The notes: generated by a model not told the origin, from the letters alone. A DNA stretch of 64,000 nt from Thecamonas trahens ATCC 50062 (GCF_000142905.1 NW_013657642.1:193851-257850); one strand, 5' to 3'; shown: positions 1-10,606, counted from the stretch's first letter. Numbers and translations: made by a program.

Positions 1-346
1 CGCAGTAGACATTGACCTCGTAGCCGGAGAAGAACTTGGCCTGCGTCGCCTCCAGCCATGGGCCCGGCAACGGCTGGATCTGGACCTGATGCGAGGTGAA
101 GCGTGCACCATCGACGACGTACTCGTACTCGACCCGGATCCACTCATCCATGCCGATCCACGAGCGAGCCGAGTTGACATGAACAGTCAGCGCATCAAGA
201 TACTCCACGCCCGTCACCTCGCCCACCACAAACGGCCAGTGCTTGGCCTCCTCTCGTCGTCGCCATCTCTCATACACATGGGCCGAGCCACCCACCCCAG
301 CCGCCGCCGCACCCGCCCACGCCAGGACTGCCCAACGCGCCATCAT
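1..346 (-). CDS. DUF3592-like membrane-anchored protein (3' end runs off window)
   Basis: Manual translation from ATG 346: MMARWAVLAWAGAAAAGVGG...EAKHWPFVVGEVTGVEY...WIRVEYEYVVDGARFTS...GYEVNVYC. The WPxVxGxV, YEYxVDGxxF and GxxVxVY pattern matches DUF3592. Confidence 0.55.
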   Translation of the reverse strand, partial: MMARWAVLAWAGAAAAGVGGSAHVYERWRRREEAKHWPFVVGEVTGVEYLDALTVHVNSARSWIGMDEWIRVEYEYVVDGARFTSHQVQIQPLPGPWLEATQAKFFSGYEVNVYC

Positions 347-809
347 CACACCAGTACGGAAGAAGGTCACCAACCGGCAGTGACGTTGTCTGGCGAGACA
401 AGTACTCGTCCGTCTCTACTCTCCCGTCCTCTGTCTCCTTCTGTTGAGGACCCTGTCCGTCCGGGTCGTGGTTGAGCAGCCGGCAGTCGGCAGGAGGGGG
501 GGGGGAGGGAGGGGGGGGAGGGGGGGGGGATGGTGATGATGGAAGCAGGAGCAGGAGAGGGGGTGTTGGTTGTGCGAGAGGGTGGAATCAGATACTTGTT
601 GGCAGAGCATAGCTGTGGACGAATGTGGGGTCGATCGAGCAGATCGCCCCTTTTGAGTAGCTCCCTCTCTCATCCATGGCCCGGCTCGGCTACCTGATCT
701 GCTGGGTTTGCGGCGGACATGGCAAGCGTGGCGGCCACACGGCGTGACAGGGGGAGGGGAGGGGAGGGGAGGGGAGGGGGGGCAGACTCGTCACGGCATT
801 GGGGAGGAT

Positions 810-2357
810 ATGTTTGCGGTGCTGCGGTATACGACGATGGCGACGGTGGCGAGTCGTGCTGCGTGTGCTGCTTTGGCTGCTTCGGCTGCTTTGACTGCTG
901 CGGCTGCTCCGGGACGTCGGGCAGCGTCGGGCTTTGGTCGTGGACCACATGACGTTGGCGGGGCGATTGTGTCGCCGGACGAGGCTACGGCGTTCAAGGC
1001 TGAGCTGGGCAAGGAGGGTGCGCCGGCGGCACTGTGGGAGGTCCGGACGCATGCGCTTCTCGGTCTGGTGGTGGGCAAGGGCCTGATGACTGTAGACGAG
1101 TTGCGGGCAGGCATCGAGGGCCTTGATCCGGTGGCTTACGGCGGTCTGTCGTACTATGAGAAGTGGGCCTTCTCCATGGCCCAGGCGCTGACGGCTCGCG
1201 GAACTCTTTCGCCGACGGTGTTGGAGACTGCCATCAACGGCGATGTTGTGCGCGGCGATGAGATTGACTCGGCGCCGGTCCCGCTGAGCGTCGGCCAGCC
1301 GGTCCGGGTCCGGCGCGAAGAGCCGCGCCCTGCATGGTCGCGGCCGCACCTGCGGACGCCTGGATACCTTCACGGCGCCGTTGGCGTCGTCGATGAGTAC
1401 TGGGGTGAGTTTCCGGATCCGGAGCTTCTCGCTCGGCGGATCGAAGGCCCGAAGCTGCCGCTGTATTCGGTCCGGTTCCTGCAGGCTGTTCTCTGGGAGC
1501 TGTACGATGGCTCGCCTCATGACGCGACGTCGGTTGAGGTCTATCACCCGTGGCTTGAACCAATTTCATCCGAGGCACTGGCTACGGCAGAGGCGGCAGC
1601 GGTGGCGTCGATGAACAAGGTGCATGGCAGTGGCCGCAGCCATCACGACCACGCCCACGACCACGCCCACGCCCACGACCACGACCACGACCACGATCAT
1701 GTCCACGAGGAGCGATGCGTGGTCGAGAGTAACGCGATTGCGGCCGAGAGCGAGCACGCGCTCGGCGAAGGTAACTCGCCGCTGCAACGGTTGTCGGGGG
1801 CACTGGTGGAGGCGCTGGTGGACAGCGGGCTGGTCAGCCGCGACGAGGTGCGGGCCAAGATCGAGAGCGTGGAGAAGATGAGTGAGAGTGGAAGCGAAGT
1901 GGGCGCCCGACTGGTGGTGGAGGCATGGCTTGACGATCAGTTTAGAGAGCTGCTTGTGGCCGATGCGCCGGCGGCGGCTGAGGCCATCGGCATCGAAACT
2001 TCCAACTATGGCAAGGCGACCGGGGCGACGGTTCTGCGGGTGGTGGAAAACACCGAGATGGTCCACAATCTTGTGGTCTGCACCCTCTGCTCGTGCTACC
2101 CGACCACGCTCCTCGGGCTCTCGCCCGCCTGGTACAAGTCGCGGACGTATCGGGCACGCGCAGTGCGCGAGCCGCGGGCACTACTCGCCGAGTTTGGAAC
2201 ACGCATCCCGGACGAGGTGGCAGTCAAGGTCCACGACTCGACGGCAGACCTGCGGTACATGGTCCTGCCGCTGCGGCCGGAGGGGACCGAGGGCTGGAGT
2301 CGCGAGGCGCTGCTGGGCGCGGTTACCCGCGATGCCATGATCGGCGTGACGCGGTAA
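810..2357 (+). CDS. Nitrile hydratase, cobalt-type, beta-alpha subunit fusion
   Basis: Beta motifs GPHDVGG, YYEKW and HLRTPGY; His/Asp-rich linker; alpha motifs GARLVVEAW, VVCTLCSCYP (Co-type), WYKSRTYRARAVREPR and VHDSTADLRYMVLP. First in-frame ATG is 810. Confidence 0.97.
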   Translation: MFAVLRYTTMATVASRAACAALAASAALTAAAAPGRRAASGFGRGPHDVGGAIVSPDEATAFKAELGKEGAPAALWEVRTHALLGLVVGKGLMTVDELRAGIEGLDPVAYGGLSYYEKWAFSMAQALTARGTLSPTVLETAINGDVVRGDEIDSAPVPLSVGQPVRVRREEPRPAWSRPHLRTPGYLHGAVGVVDEYWGEFPDPELLARRIEGPKLPLYSVRFLQAVLWELYDGSPHDATSVEVYHPWLEPISSEALATAEAAAVASMNKVHGSGRSHHDHAHDHAHAHDHDHDHDHVHEERCVVESNAIAAESEHALGEGNSPLQRLSGALVEALVDSGLVSRDEVRAKIESVEKMSESGSEVGARLVVEAWLDDQFRELLVADAPAAAEAIGIETSNYGKATGATVLRVVENTEMVHNLVVCTLCSCYPTTLLGLSPAWYKSRTYRARAVREPRALLAEFGTRIPDEVAVKVHDSTADLRYMVLPLRPEGTEGWSREALLGAVTRDAMIGVTR

Positions 2358-2390
2358 AGGACGGGAACAATGACAGGGCCTGCATAGCCA

Positions 2391-2963
2391 TCATGTTGGC
2401 AGCTCGCTCCCACCGTGGAGACGGATCGAGCCTGGCACATAGGACTTGTCAGCAACGTTCAACCGAGGTGAGGCGGGACCATGAGGCTGCGTCGGACCGA
2501 GAGCCTCGATGGCGGCGTTGATGGCAAGCATCCACGAGGCCAGCTCGTCAGCGGACGAGGCCTGGATGTAGTACGTGCGCTCGGACGGATGTGAGAGTGC
2601 AAAGCAGCGGTCACGACCCGAGTCCTCCGGCGAGATGGCGACAATGTAGCGGCCACGGAGCGGGATGACGCCCTTGGGCGAGGTCTCAGGCTCAGTCTTG
2701 AAGTAAGCCAGCAGCGAAGGATAGAGCTCAAACCAGCGGCGCTTCCACGACTTGTACCGCTCACCCTGCTTGACTAGATACCCGCCCTTGAGCGGCGCCA
2801 GCGCCGACGTCGAGTCCCATTGCGGCGGACGGGCCCAGGCCAAGGCCGAGGCCGTCGACTCGCTCCTGTCCAGGAGTGGCCTCTCGCCCACCAGAGACGG
2901 CGAGCCGTGTGGAGATGCGGGCGTTCCTGACGACGATGACGAGCCGTGGTCGTCGAGCGCCAT
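2391..2963 (-). CDS. PH-domain protein
   Basis: KGGYLVKQGERYKSWKRRWFEL...PKGVIPL...RTYYIQASSADELASWMLAI is a canonical PH domain. Confidence 0.9.
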   Translation of the reverse strand: MALDDHGSSSSSGTPASPHGSPSLVGERPLLDRSESTASALAWARPPQWDSTSALAPLKGGYLVKQGERYKSWKRRWFELYPSLLAYFKTEPETSPKGVIPLRGRYIVAISPEDSGRDRCFALSHPSERTYYIQASSADELASWMLAINAAIEALGPTQPHGPASPRLNVADKSYVPGSIRLHGGSELPT

Positions 2964-3254
2964 AGAGAAGAAGATTGAGTGGGCGAGGGTGACGTGGGGC
3001 TGCGGCTGCGACAGGCAACTGTGGGCCGTCTCGAGCCGTCTCGGCCGTCTCGGGGGACTGTCGGCGGCTGTCAGGCGTGTCGGGGGGCGTATGGTACGAT
3101 CGGGTCGGGCGCATGGGGGAGTATGTCACCCCCACCTCCACCCTCACTACCATCATCAACATCACTTTACTGCTCACTACTACTTGCTGTCGCTGCTGCA
3201 TATGATGATCCTGCATGTGGTGATGCTGCATGTGATGAAACTGCTGGTGACGAT

Positions 3255-3663
3255 CATTCTGCTGGTGCTCTCCAGATCACTCTGCTCTTCTGCTGCTCCT
3301 GATCACTCTGCTGCTGCTCCAGATCACTCTGCTGCTGCTCCTGATCACTCTGCTGCTGCTCCTGATCACTCTGCTCGTCCTCCAGATCATTCTGCTGCTG
3401 CTCCCCAGATCACTCTGCTGCTGCTCCTGATCACTCTGCTGCTGCTCCTGATCACTCTGCTGCTGCTCCCCAGATCACTCTGCTGCTGCTCCTGATCACT
3501 CTGCTGCTGCTCCTGATCACTCTGCTGCTGCTCCCCAGATCACTCTGCTGGTGCTCTCCAGATCACTCTGCTCTTCTGCTGCTCCAGATCACTCTGCTGC
3601 TGCTCCTGATCACTCTGCTGCTGCTCCTGATCACTCTGCTGGTCCTCCAGATCATTCTGCTGC
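3255..3663. repeat. 21-bp minisatellite (CCTGATCACTCTGCTGCTGCT) with a ~286-bp higher-order duplication
   Basis: Tandem units are visible directly. The variant gctggtgctctccagatcactctgctcttc recurs at 3261 and 3547. Confidence 0.95.
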
Positions 3664-3748
3664 ATACGACAAGGTATGACCTCAGTCGGCCGCACACATC
3701 ACTTTCTTTCCCTCGTGACCACTGGCCACGGCTACCTTATCTGCATTC

Positions 3749-5657
3749 ATGAAGCTATCCCCTTCTGTGTCCGGTGCTCTGGCACTTGCCCTTGTCCTTG
3801 TCCTGGCTGTCACTGCCGAGGAGGCTGTACGTGTCGAGTGCGTGTGGGGGGGGGGGGGNNNNNNNNNNNNNNNNNNNNNNNNNNNNNNNNNNNNNNNNNN
3901 NNNNNNNNNNNNNNNNNNNNNNNNNNNNNNNNNNNNNNNNNNNNNNNNNNNNNNNNNNNNNNNNNNNNNNNNNNNNNNNNNNNNNNNNNNNNNNNNNNNN
4001 NNNNNNNNNNNNNNNNNNNNNNNNNNNNNNNNNNNNNNNNNNNNNNNNNNNNNNNNNNNNNNNNNNNNNNNNNNNNNNNNNNNNNNNNNNNNNNNNNNNN
4101 NNNNNNNNNNNNNNNNNNNNNNNNNNNNNNNNNNNNNNNNNNNNNNNNNNNNNNNNNNNNNNNNNNNNNNNNNNNNNNNNNNNNNNNNNNNNNNNNNNNN
4201 NNNNNNNNNNNNNNNNCCCCCTCCCCTCCCCTCCCCTCCCCTCCCCTCCCCTCCCCCTCCCCTTCCCTCCCTCCCTCCACACACACACTCACACACACAC
4301 ACACCACACACACACACAGGATCACCTCATCCCGTACGGCTCGTACGTGGAGAGGCACTCGTTCCAGGCCCCGCTTGCTGACGGGAAGGTCCCGTTCTGG
4401 TCGCTCGGGGCTGGTGCACGGGTGGAGGACGGCGCCAAGGTCCGGCTGACGCCCGCACGTCAGTCGCGGCTGGGTTACTGCTGGAACGATGCACCGACGA
4501 CGCTGACCGATTGGGAGGTGACTATCTCGTTCCAGGTCACGGGCCAGCCCGCTCTGGGTGGTGATGGTTTTGCTCTGTGGTTCACCTCCAAGGCTGGCAT
4601 GATGGGCCCGGTCTATGGCGGCATGGACTACTGGGACGGCCTCGGCATCTTCTTTGACACCTTTAACAACGATGGCTCCGGGGCGCACCCGGCCATTGTG
4701 GCGGTGATGAACGACGGCTCGCTCTCCTACGACCAGGCTACCGATGGCGCGTCGCAGGCTCTGGCCTCGTGCCAGGCCTCGTTCCGCAATCTGGACTACC
4801 CGTCGCAGGTCCGCGTCATCTACCAGTACGGCACCCTCTCGCTCTCGCACGATGTGGCCTCGAACGGCAACTGGGTCGAGTGCTTCTCGGTCCAGAACGT
4901 CGAGCTCGGCATCGACAAGTACTTTGGCCTTACCGCCGGCACCGGCGACCTTGCCGACAACCACGACGTGTTCTCGTTCAACACCCGGAGCCTCACCCCG
5001 GCCAACGTCGACCTTGACGCCATCCGGTCCCGCTTCAAGTCCAAGCACGACCACTACAACATGGCGGCCGGCTCGTCGCAGCCGATGGCCCAGGACACCT
5101 TCCAGAATGAGGTCCTCAAGATGCTCCACCAGATCCAGTCGACCGCCAACGTCATCGAGTCCAACGCCGTCTCGCTGAAGAACGCCATGGAGGGCGGCAT
5201 GCCGCGCCGTGGCATGCCCGACCGCGTCCCGGCCTCTGGCGGCTCGGTCGACGGTATCGCTCGCCAGCTCAACGACCTCGCGTCGCGCCTCTCCGAGGCC
5301 ATCTCGTCGCGGACCTCGCCGTCGCTCGTCCGCATCTCGGACACGCTCTCCGCCGTCCAATCGGCCGTCTCGAACCTCCACGCCCGCTCCTCCAGCTCCG
5401 CCACCGGCGGCTCGGCTGATGCCGGCGCCATTGCCTCCACCGTTCGCTCCGAGGTCAACGCCGCCATCCGCGACCTGCCGACCTCGGCCGCCCTCGCCCG
5501 CATCGTTGCCGAGGCCGTCGCCGACGGCGCCGGCGCCAACAGCGGCGGTGGCGGTTGGCTCTTCGCCATCGCCATGTTCATCGCCGGCCTGCTCGCCGGC
5601 TGGGGCGTCTCTGCCTTTGTTGCCAAGTCGTCGCGCTCTGCCTACAAGCTTCCGTAG
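3749..5657 (+). CDS. L-type lectin cargo receptor (ERGIC-53/VIP36 family); join(3749..3826,4320..5657)
   Basis: Signal-peptide exon, then a gtacgt...cag intron that spans the N-gap. Motifs GGDGFALWF, GLGIFFDTF and YFGLTAGTGDLADNHDV; coiled stalk, TM helix and short tail. Confidence 0.9.
3859..4215. other. Assembly gap
   Basis: Run of N. Confidence 1.
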
Positions 5658-5764
5658 CAGTAAATGTCCCTTACATGCCACGCCACGCCCCGACCACCGT
5701 CCCCAGCCGAGCAATTTGCCCGACTCGGCTGGCAGCCCACCTGACGCCACCCGAGCCCACGCCC

Positions 5765-6610
5765 ATGCCACACACTCTCACATTCCAAGAACTCGTCGAC
5801 GCATGCATTGCCTCCAACAGCCACCATGCGCCTTCCAACCCAAGAACGCCCGCCGAAGATGACTCGGACGAGGTGGCAAGCTCGACGCTCGACCTGCTCT
5901 CGCGCGCCAACCGGGCTGATCTCTCCAGGCGCGAACTGGTCGGCCTCGATCACTTCGAGTTGTGCTCGAGTCTCACGGAGTTGTATCTTGCCTCAAACGC
6001 TCTGGTTGATCTCTCGCCGCTCGCGGTCCTTGCTCCCACACTCCGCGTCCTCGACATTGCTCACAACGCGATGACAAGCCTTGCTGATCTGGCTTGTCTC
6101 CATTCGCTCATGGTTCTCGACGCCTCGCACAATACCCTCGCTCCAGTCTCCGATCCACGAGCCCTGACCGCCCTGCTCCCGCCCAGACTTGTCTCGCTCG
6201 ACCTCCGCGGCAATCCGCTGCTTCTCACCCGCCCCGTTGCCGCCGCTGTTGAGGCCGCTCTGCCGCGGCTCGTCGAGCTCAACGGCGTCGCTGTCGTTGA
6301 TGACGAGGACGAGGACGATGAGGAGGACGAGAGAAGCAATGATGGCGGTAGAAATGGCGGGCAAGCCATGATCGCAACGCCTCCCGCTCCGGTGCTCGCT
6401 CTGGAGTCGCTCGCAGTCAACGATGTCCTTGACGCCATTGACATCGCCGCCGCCGCCGCCCGTGTCCGCGCTGCCGATGCCATCTGGGAGGCTCGCACTG
6501 CTTCTGCCAGCCGCCGTCGCGGCATCGCCGAGCAAGCCGCCGCATACGACGACAACACTGCCGATCCGGAGCCGGTCGACAACAGCACGCCCACACCATC
6601 TAGCCCATGA
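5765..6610 (+). CDS. Leucine-rich repeat protein, LRRC46-like
   Basis: LxxLxLxxN repeats, LPPRLVSLDLRGNP, an LRRcap-like LPRLVELNG and an acidic tract. Confidence 0.75.
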   Translation: MPHTLTFQELVDACIASNSHHAPSNPRTPAEDDSDEVASSTLDLLSRANRADLSRRELVGLDHFELCSSLTELYLASNALVDLSPLAVLAPTLRVLDIAHNAMTSLADLACLHSLMVLDASHNTLAPVSDPRALTALLPPRLVSLDLRGNPLLLTRPVAAAVEAALPRLVELNGVAVVDDEDEDDEEDERSNDGGRNGGQAMIATPPAPVLALESLAVNDVLDAIDIAAAAARVRAADAIWEARTASASRRRGIAEQAAAYDDNTADPEPVDNSTPTPSSP

Positions 6611-6732
6611 TCAAAAGTCCTGGACTGGTCAACGTTGTGCACAAAAAAATGACATGTATCGTGGTGGTGGTGGTGTTGGCCGAGCGGCTGGGTGGCCAGG
6701 CCGAGCGGCTGGGTGGCCAGGCCGGCGGGCGG

Positions 6733-6785
6733 ATTGGCCGGCCACTCGACTCGAACAATCAAAAGTTTGAATTCGGTTTGGCGCG
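6733..6785 (+). promoter_or_regulatory. Putative cell-cycle promoter module: inverted CCAAT, CHR (TTTGAA) and E2F site (TTTGGCGCG)
   Basis: ATTGG at 6733-6737, TTTGAA at 6766-6771 and TTTGGCGCG at 6777-6785, directly before the Aurora ATG. Confidence 0.4.
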
Positions 6786-6787
6786 CC

Positions 6788-8086
6788 ATGTACGCCGTAG
6801 ACAAGGAGAACAGCCAGAGCCAGACCAACATGGCCATGGCGCATACACCTGGACAGGGCATGCGGATGGGAATGAGCAAGCTTGGTGCGCCCAAGACAGG
6901 CGGCAAGCTCGGTGCTCCCAAGACGGCTTCCAAGTTTGGCGCCGGTAAGCTCGGCGGTGCCGGGGCAAAGTCGTTTGGCGGCCAACGCCGCCTCCGGCCC
7001 ACCAAGTCGACCAAGAAGCTGCAGGCGACGGTGTCGCGGACCAAGCCAGTGCCAGTGCCGGTGGCATCCGGAGCACGGACAGCAGCAGGTGCTGCGGCTG
7101 TGTCTGCATCCGGGCCCGCGTCGGCCGCAGACGGGCCGCCACCGGCCGCTTTGGCTACGGGCGCACCGCCCGCATCATCGTCATCGACAACGGCCCCGCC
7201 CTCATCATCGGCCGGGGCCGCGCGTGAGAAGAAGGCCAAGAAGGTGTGGACACTCAATGACTTTGACATCGGTAAGGCGCTCGGTCGCGGCAAGTTTGGC
7301 AACGTCTACCTCGCCCGCGAAAAGTCTCAGCAGTTCATTGTGGCGCTCAAGGTGCTCTTCAAGTCGCAGCTCTCAAAGGCCAACGTCGAGCACCAGCTCC
7401 GCCGTGAAATCGAGATTCAGTCTCACCTTCGCCACTCCAACATCCTTCGTCTCTACGGCTATTTCCACGACGAGCAGCGGATCTACCTCATTCTCGAGTT
7501 CGCTGCGCAGGGCGAGCTGTACAAGGAGCTGCAGAAGGTCGGCACGTTCTCAGAGCGGCGCTCGGCAAAGTACATCTCGCAACTTGCCGACGCCCTCGCC
7601 TACTGCCACACCAAGCACGTCATCCACCGCGACATCAAGCCTGAGAACCTCCTTCTCTCCAAGAAGGGTGACCTCAAGATCGCAGACTTTGGCTGGTCCG
7701 TCCACGCCCCGCACTCGCGCCGCACCACCCTCTGTGGCACGCTCGACTACCTCTCACCCGAAATGGTCGAGGGCAAGTACCACGACCACTCGGTTGACAT
7801 CTGGTCGCTCGGCGTTTTGATGTACGAGTTCCTCGTCGGCGTCCCGCCGTTTGAGGCCGAGGGCTCGACAGAAACCTTCCGCCGCATCGCAAAGGTCGAC
7901 CTCCACTTTCCGTCGCACGTCTCGCCGCTCGCCCGTGACCTCATCTCGCGCCTTCTTCATCGCAACCCCGAGAAGCGCCTCGAGCTGAGCAAGGTCAAGG
8001 ACCACCCATGGATTGTCATGCACACCCGGACGCGCAAGTCGGTTGCCCCGGCAGCGCCCGTCGTCGCTGCCGAGGCCAGCCAGTAA
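6788..8086 (+). CDS. AURK: Aurora kinase
   Basis: N-terminal KEN box; [49 protein letters not shown] and [23 protein letters not shown]. Confidence 0.97.
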   Translation: MYAVDKENSQSQTNMAMAHTPGQGMRMGMSKLGAPKTGGKLGAPKTASKFGAGKLGGAGAKSFGGQRRLRPTKSTKKLQATVSRTKPVPVPVASGARTAAGAAAVSASGPASAADGPPPAALATGAPPASSSSTTAPPSSSAGAAREKKAKKVWTLNDFDIGKALGRGKFGNVYLAREKSQQFIVALKVLFKSQLSKANVEHQLRREIEIQSHLRHSNILRLYGYFHDEQRIYLILEFAAQGELYKELQKVGTFSERRSAKYISQLADALAYCHTKHVIHRDIKPENLLLSKKGDLKIADFGWSVHAPHSRRTTLCGTLDYLSPEMVEGKYHDHSVDIWSLGVLMYEFLVGVPPFEAEGSTETFRRIAKVDLHFPSHVSPLARDLISRLLHRNPEKRLELSKVKDHPWIVMHTRTRKSVAPAAPVVAAEASQ

Positions 8087-8140
8087 ACACTCACCTGTAT
8101 CATGGCCGCAAGGGACGCCACGCAGCGGCCACCCCTTGGT

Positions 8141-10081
8141 TTACCCAGGAATCGGCATCGGGTGAGCCTCGGTGTTCATCACCCACTCGTCAAGCGGAAT
8201 CGGATTCTCGTCTGCAAAGAGCAGGAAGAGGTACTTGAGTGTCTCAGCAAGGAAGAACGACTCCATCTTATCGTACCGAGCGCCCGCTGCAGGCTGTCGG
8301 ACCGGCGTGGCCCGAACGTCGGCGACCGAGGTGTACCCGCCAGTCGAGACGCGACTCCACGTGTTGAACGCATCAAAAATGGCCCGGCCCCATGCTCGAT
8401 ACTGCGGTTCGCCCGTGATGACATGCATGTACCACAGCGACTCGACGGTCTCAGGCCGGAGCAGGTTGTGGGCGTCGGCCGGACGGATCTCAATGTCGCC
8501 CTCGGCACCGTCTGCAGTGGCAAAGTACGCAATCTCGGGTGCAAGGCCCGAGCCAGTCGATGCGTACATCTCGTAGCACGTTTCCATGAGCTTGGCTGCC
8601 ATGTCAAGGTGCCACGACGGCGCCCCGTAGAGCGTGCCTAGCGCGAGCGTGCCCGGCAGGAAGCAAACCAGATGGTCCATTTTGGGCGAGAACCGGCCCG
8701 AGATCTCCTCACCCACGTACCACACGCCCTTGGGCCCGCTCGCCTGTCGCCACAGCCGCTTGCGGATGGCCTCAACCGTCTCTAGATACCGGTCCATGCA
8801 TCGCCGCGCCAGCGGCTCATCGTCACGCCCCGGGCCTGCCGCAATGTACTGCTTGAGCAAGTACTCGTAATACGAGTCGCCGCGAGCGCCGAGCTTGATC
8901 TCTGACATGGCGACCTTGCCCGAGGCCGGCGAGACGCGCGTCCCCAGGAGCCCGTCGCGCGAAGGCGCCGCGAGGATGACGTCCATGACCCGGTTGGCGG
9001 TCTTGGCCCACCTCACGTCGCCAGTTGCCCGCGTCAGCTGTCCATACTCGAGCTGAAGCGTGGTGACCTCGGCCGTCGATGACATGCCGCCATCCGGCGA
9101 CGACGCCACTCCGCTCGCCGGCACCACATCCGAGTACGGCACGCCCGACGGCGTCCGGAACGCCGGCTCCATGGCCTCGGCGAGTTCAACAGCCTTGTTC
9201 AGGAAGAGCTCATCGCCAGTGATCTCGTGAGCGGTGAGGAGCGAGCCCAGAATCCGAATCGTGGTCTCAAACACGTTGTACCGGTCGTCGTAGTCGAAGC
9301 GGAGTTCGCTCGCCACCCATTCCCGGGCCTCGTCAAAGGCCTCGCCGGCCCCGAGCAGCAGCATAGTGTCCAGCGAGTCGACCAGTGTAAGCCCGACCTG
9401 AGTCCACTTTTGCCATGACCGCGAAATCGGCCGCAGCTCATCGCGACCAAACGCACACGCCTTGTACGCCGACCACGCCCAGTCGAACGCCTCGACCACG
9501 TCCGCCTGATCCTTGTTGTGCGGCAGGCCAGCAGCGAGTCGCGCTCGGAGCGCCTCGGCACCTCTAGCACCCCCGCCAGCAGTCTCTGTCGCCTCGGTCG
9601 CCGCCACTGGCTTGTCCACCTCCATATCCTTCCGCCCGGCCATCAGCGCGTCCAGGCGGGCCTGCAGCTCGGCCACCTGCTGACGCAGATGAGCCAGCTC
9701 CGCCGACTCATCGCCTGCCTCACCACCGCCCGCCGCCGTGGCCTCAGCCCGGAGCTTTGACTGAAGGGCAGCTGCTTGGGCATGTGTGGCCTGAACGAGG
9801 CTGGTGGCAGGGCCACCTCCAGCTCCAGCTCCAGCTCCAGCTCCAGCTCCAGCTCCAGCTCCAGCTCCAGCTCCAGCTCCAGCTCCAGCTCCAGCTCCAG
9901 CTCCAGCTCCAGCTCCAGCTCCAGCTCCCGTCGACACGCCCGGACTCCGTGGCACCACCACCAGGGCCATCACGCCCAATAGAGCGGCAACCACCACAAG
10001 GCCCGCCACCACCAGTGGAGGCATGGTCCGCCGTGGTGGCTCAGGGTGGCCCTTGTACCCAGCCTCGTAGTCGTCGGTCAT
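8141..10081 (-). CDS. GH47 alpha-1,2-mannosidase (MNS1/MAN1B1-like), type II membrane protein
   Basis: N-terminal TM; AFGRDELRP, FETTIRILGSLL, GARGDSYYEYLLKQ, MDHLVCFLPG, LLRPETVES, MESFFLAETLKY and NTEAHP. Confidence 0.96.
   Translation of the reverse strand: MTDDYEAGYKGHPEPPRRTMPPLVVAGLVVVAALLGVMALVVVPRSPGVSTGAGAGAGAGAGAGAGAGAGAGAGAGAGAGAGAGAGAGGGPATSLVQATHAQAAALQSKLRAEATAAGGGEAGDESAELAHLRQQVAELQARLDALMAGRKDMEVDKPVAATEATETAGGGARGAEALRARLAAGLPHNKDQADVVEAFDWAWSAYKACAFGRDELRPISRSWQKWTQVGLTLVDSLDTMLLLGAGEAFDEAREWVASELRFDYDDRYNVFETTIRILGSLLTAHEITGDELFLNKAVELAEAMEPAFRTPSGVPYSDVVPASGVASSPDGGMSSTAEVTTLQLEYGQLTRATGDVRWAKTANRVMDVILAAPSRDGLLGTRVSPASGKVAMSEIKLGARGDSYYEYLLKQYIAAGPGRDDEPLARRCMDRYLETVEAIRKRLWRQASGPKGVWYVGEEISGRFSPKMDHLVCFLPGTLALGTLYGAPSWHLDMAAKLMETCYEMYASTGSGLAPEIAYFATADGAEGDIEIRPADAHNLLRPETVESLWYMHVITGEPQYRAWGRAIFDAFNTWSRVSTGGYTSVADVRATPVRQPAAGARYDKMESFFLAETLKYLFLLFADENPIPLDEWVMNTEAHPMPIPG
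9819..9927. repeat. (CCAGCT)n hexamer encoding a Gly-Ala stem
   Basis: Perfect tandem hexamer inside the mannosidase gene. Confidence 0.95.
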
Positions 10082-10533
10082 GAGGGGGGCTGGGGTGGTG
10101 GGGTGAGGTAGGCAGTCGGAGCTGACAAGTTGACGAGCTGACCATCTGACCTGGATTTGGGCAGGCTCGGCCTGGTGACGGCGGTGAGCGATGTAGGTTT
10201 ACAGGGCGAGCGAAGCATACCAATCAGTCATGGTATTGTTAGCCAAGATCCAGCTGGTGGAGACAGCATCAAGTATGCGCAGCCGCGACACGACAGCTTC
10301 GACCACATGAGGCGCTGCGGAGCAGATCGCCGCCAAAAGCGGTGAGACAAAAAGGTAACGCGCAACAAGCGCGGCGGCATAGCGGCGACTACATCACCGC
10401 GACTCGGTGTGGTGCTGGCACCAAACATGCGACACACACGTCACAGGCGTGCAGATTGAGCCGCTCCGTTGGGTAGAAGAAGTGTATGAAAGCGTTGCTG
10501 GTGGAGGGTGCGAGCTCGAGCAAAAAAATCAAA

Positions 10534-10606
10534 TCTCGTCTGCCGGAATCGAACCAGCGACCCTCGGTGCTACAAACCGATGCTCTTCCAACTGAGCTAA
10601 GACGAG
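10534..10606 (-). tRNA. trnY-GUA: tRNA-Tyr(GTA), intronless
   Basis: Cloverleaf CTCGTCT TA GCTC AGTTGGAA GAGC A TCGGT TTGTAGC ACCGA GGGTC GCTGG TTCGATT CCGGC AGACGAG A. Has C1:G72 and A73, and a downstream oligo-T terminator. Confidence 0.93.

Noticed and set aside
810-2357. Beta-alpha nitrile hydratase fusion as a wholly new system
   Set aside because: Fused eukaryotic nitrile hydratases with His-rich linkers are already described; only the targeting and linker aspects are flagged.
3255-3663. CRISPR-like array
   Set aside because: Units abut without unique spacers, there are no cas genes, and the context is eukaryotic.
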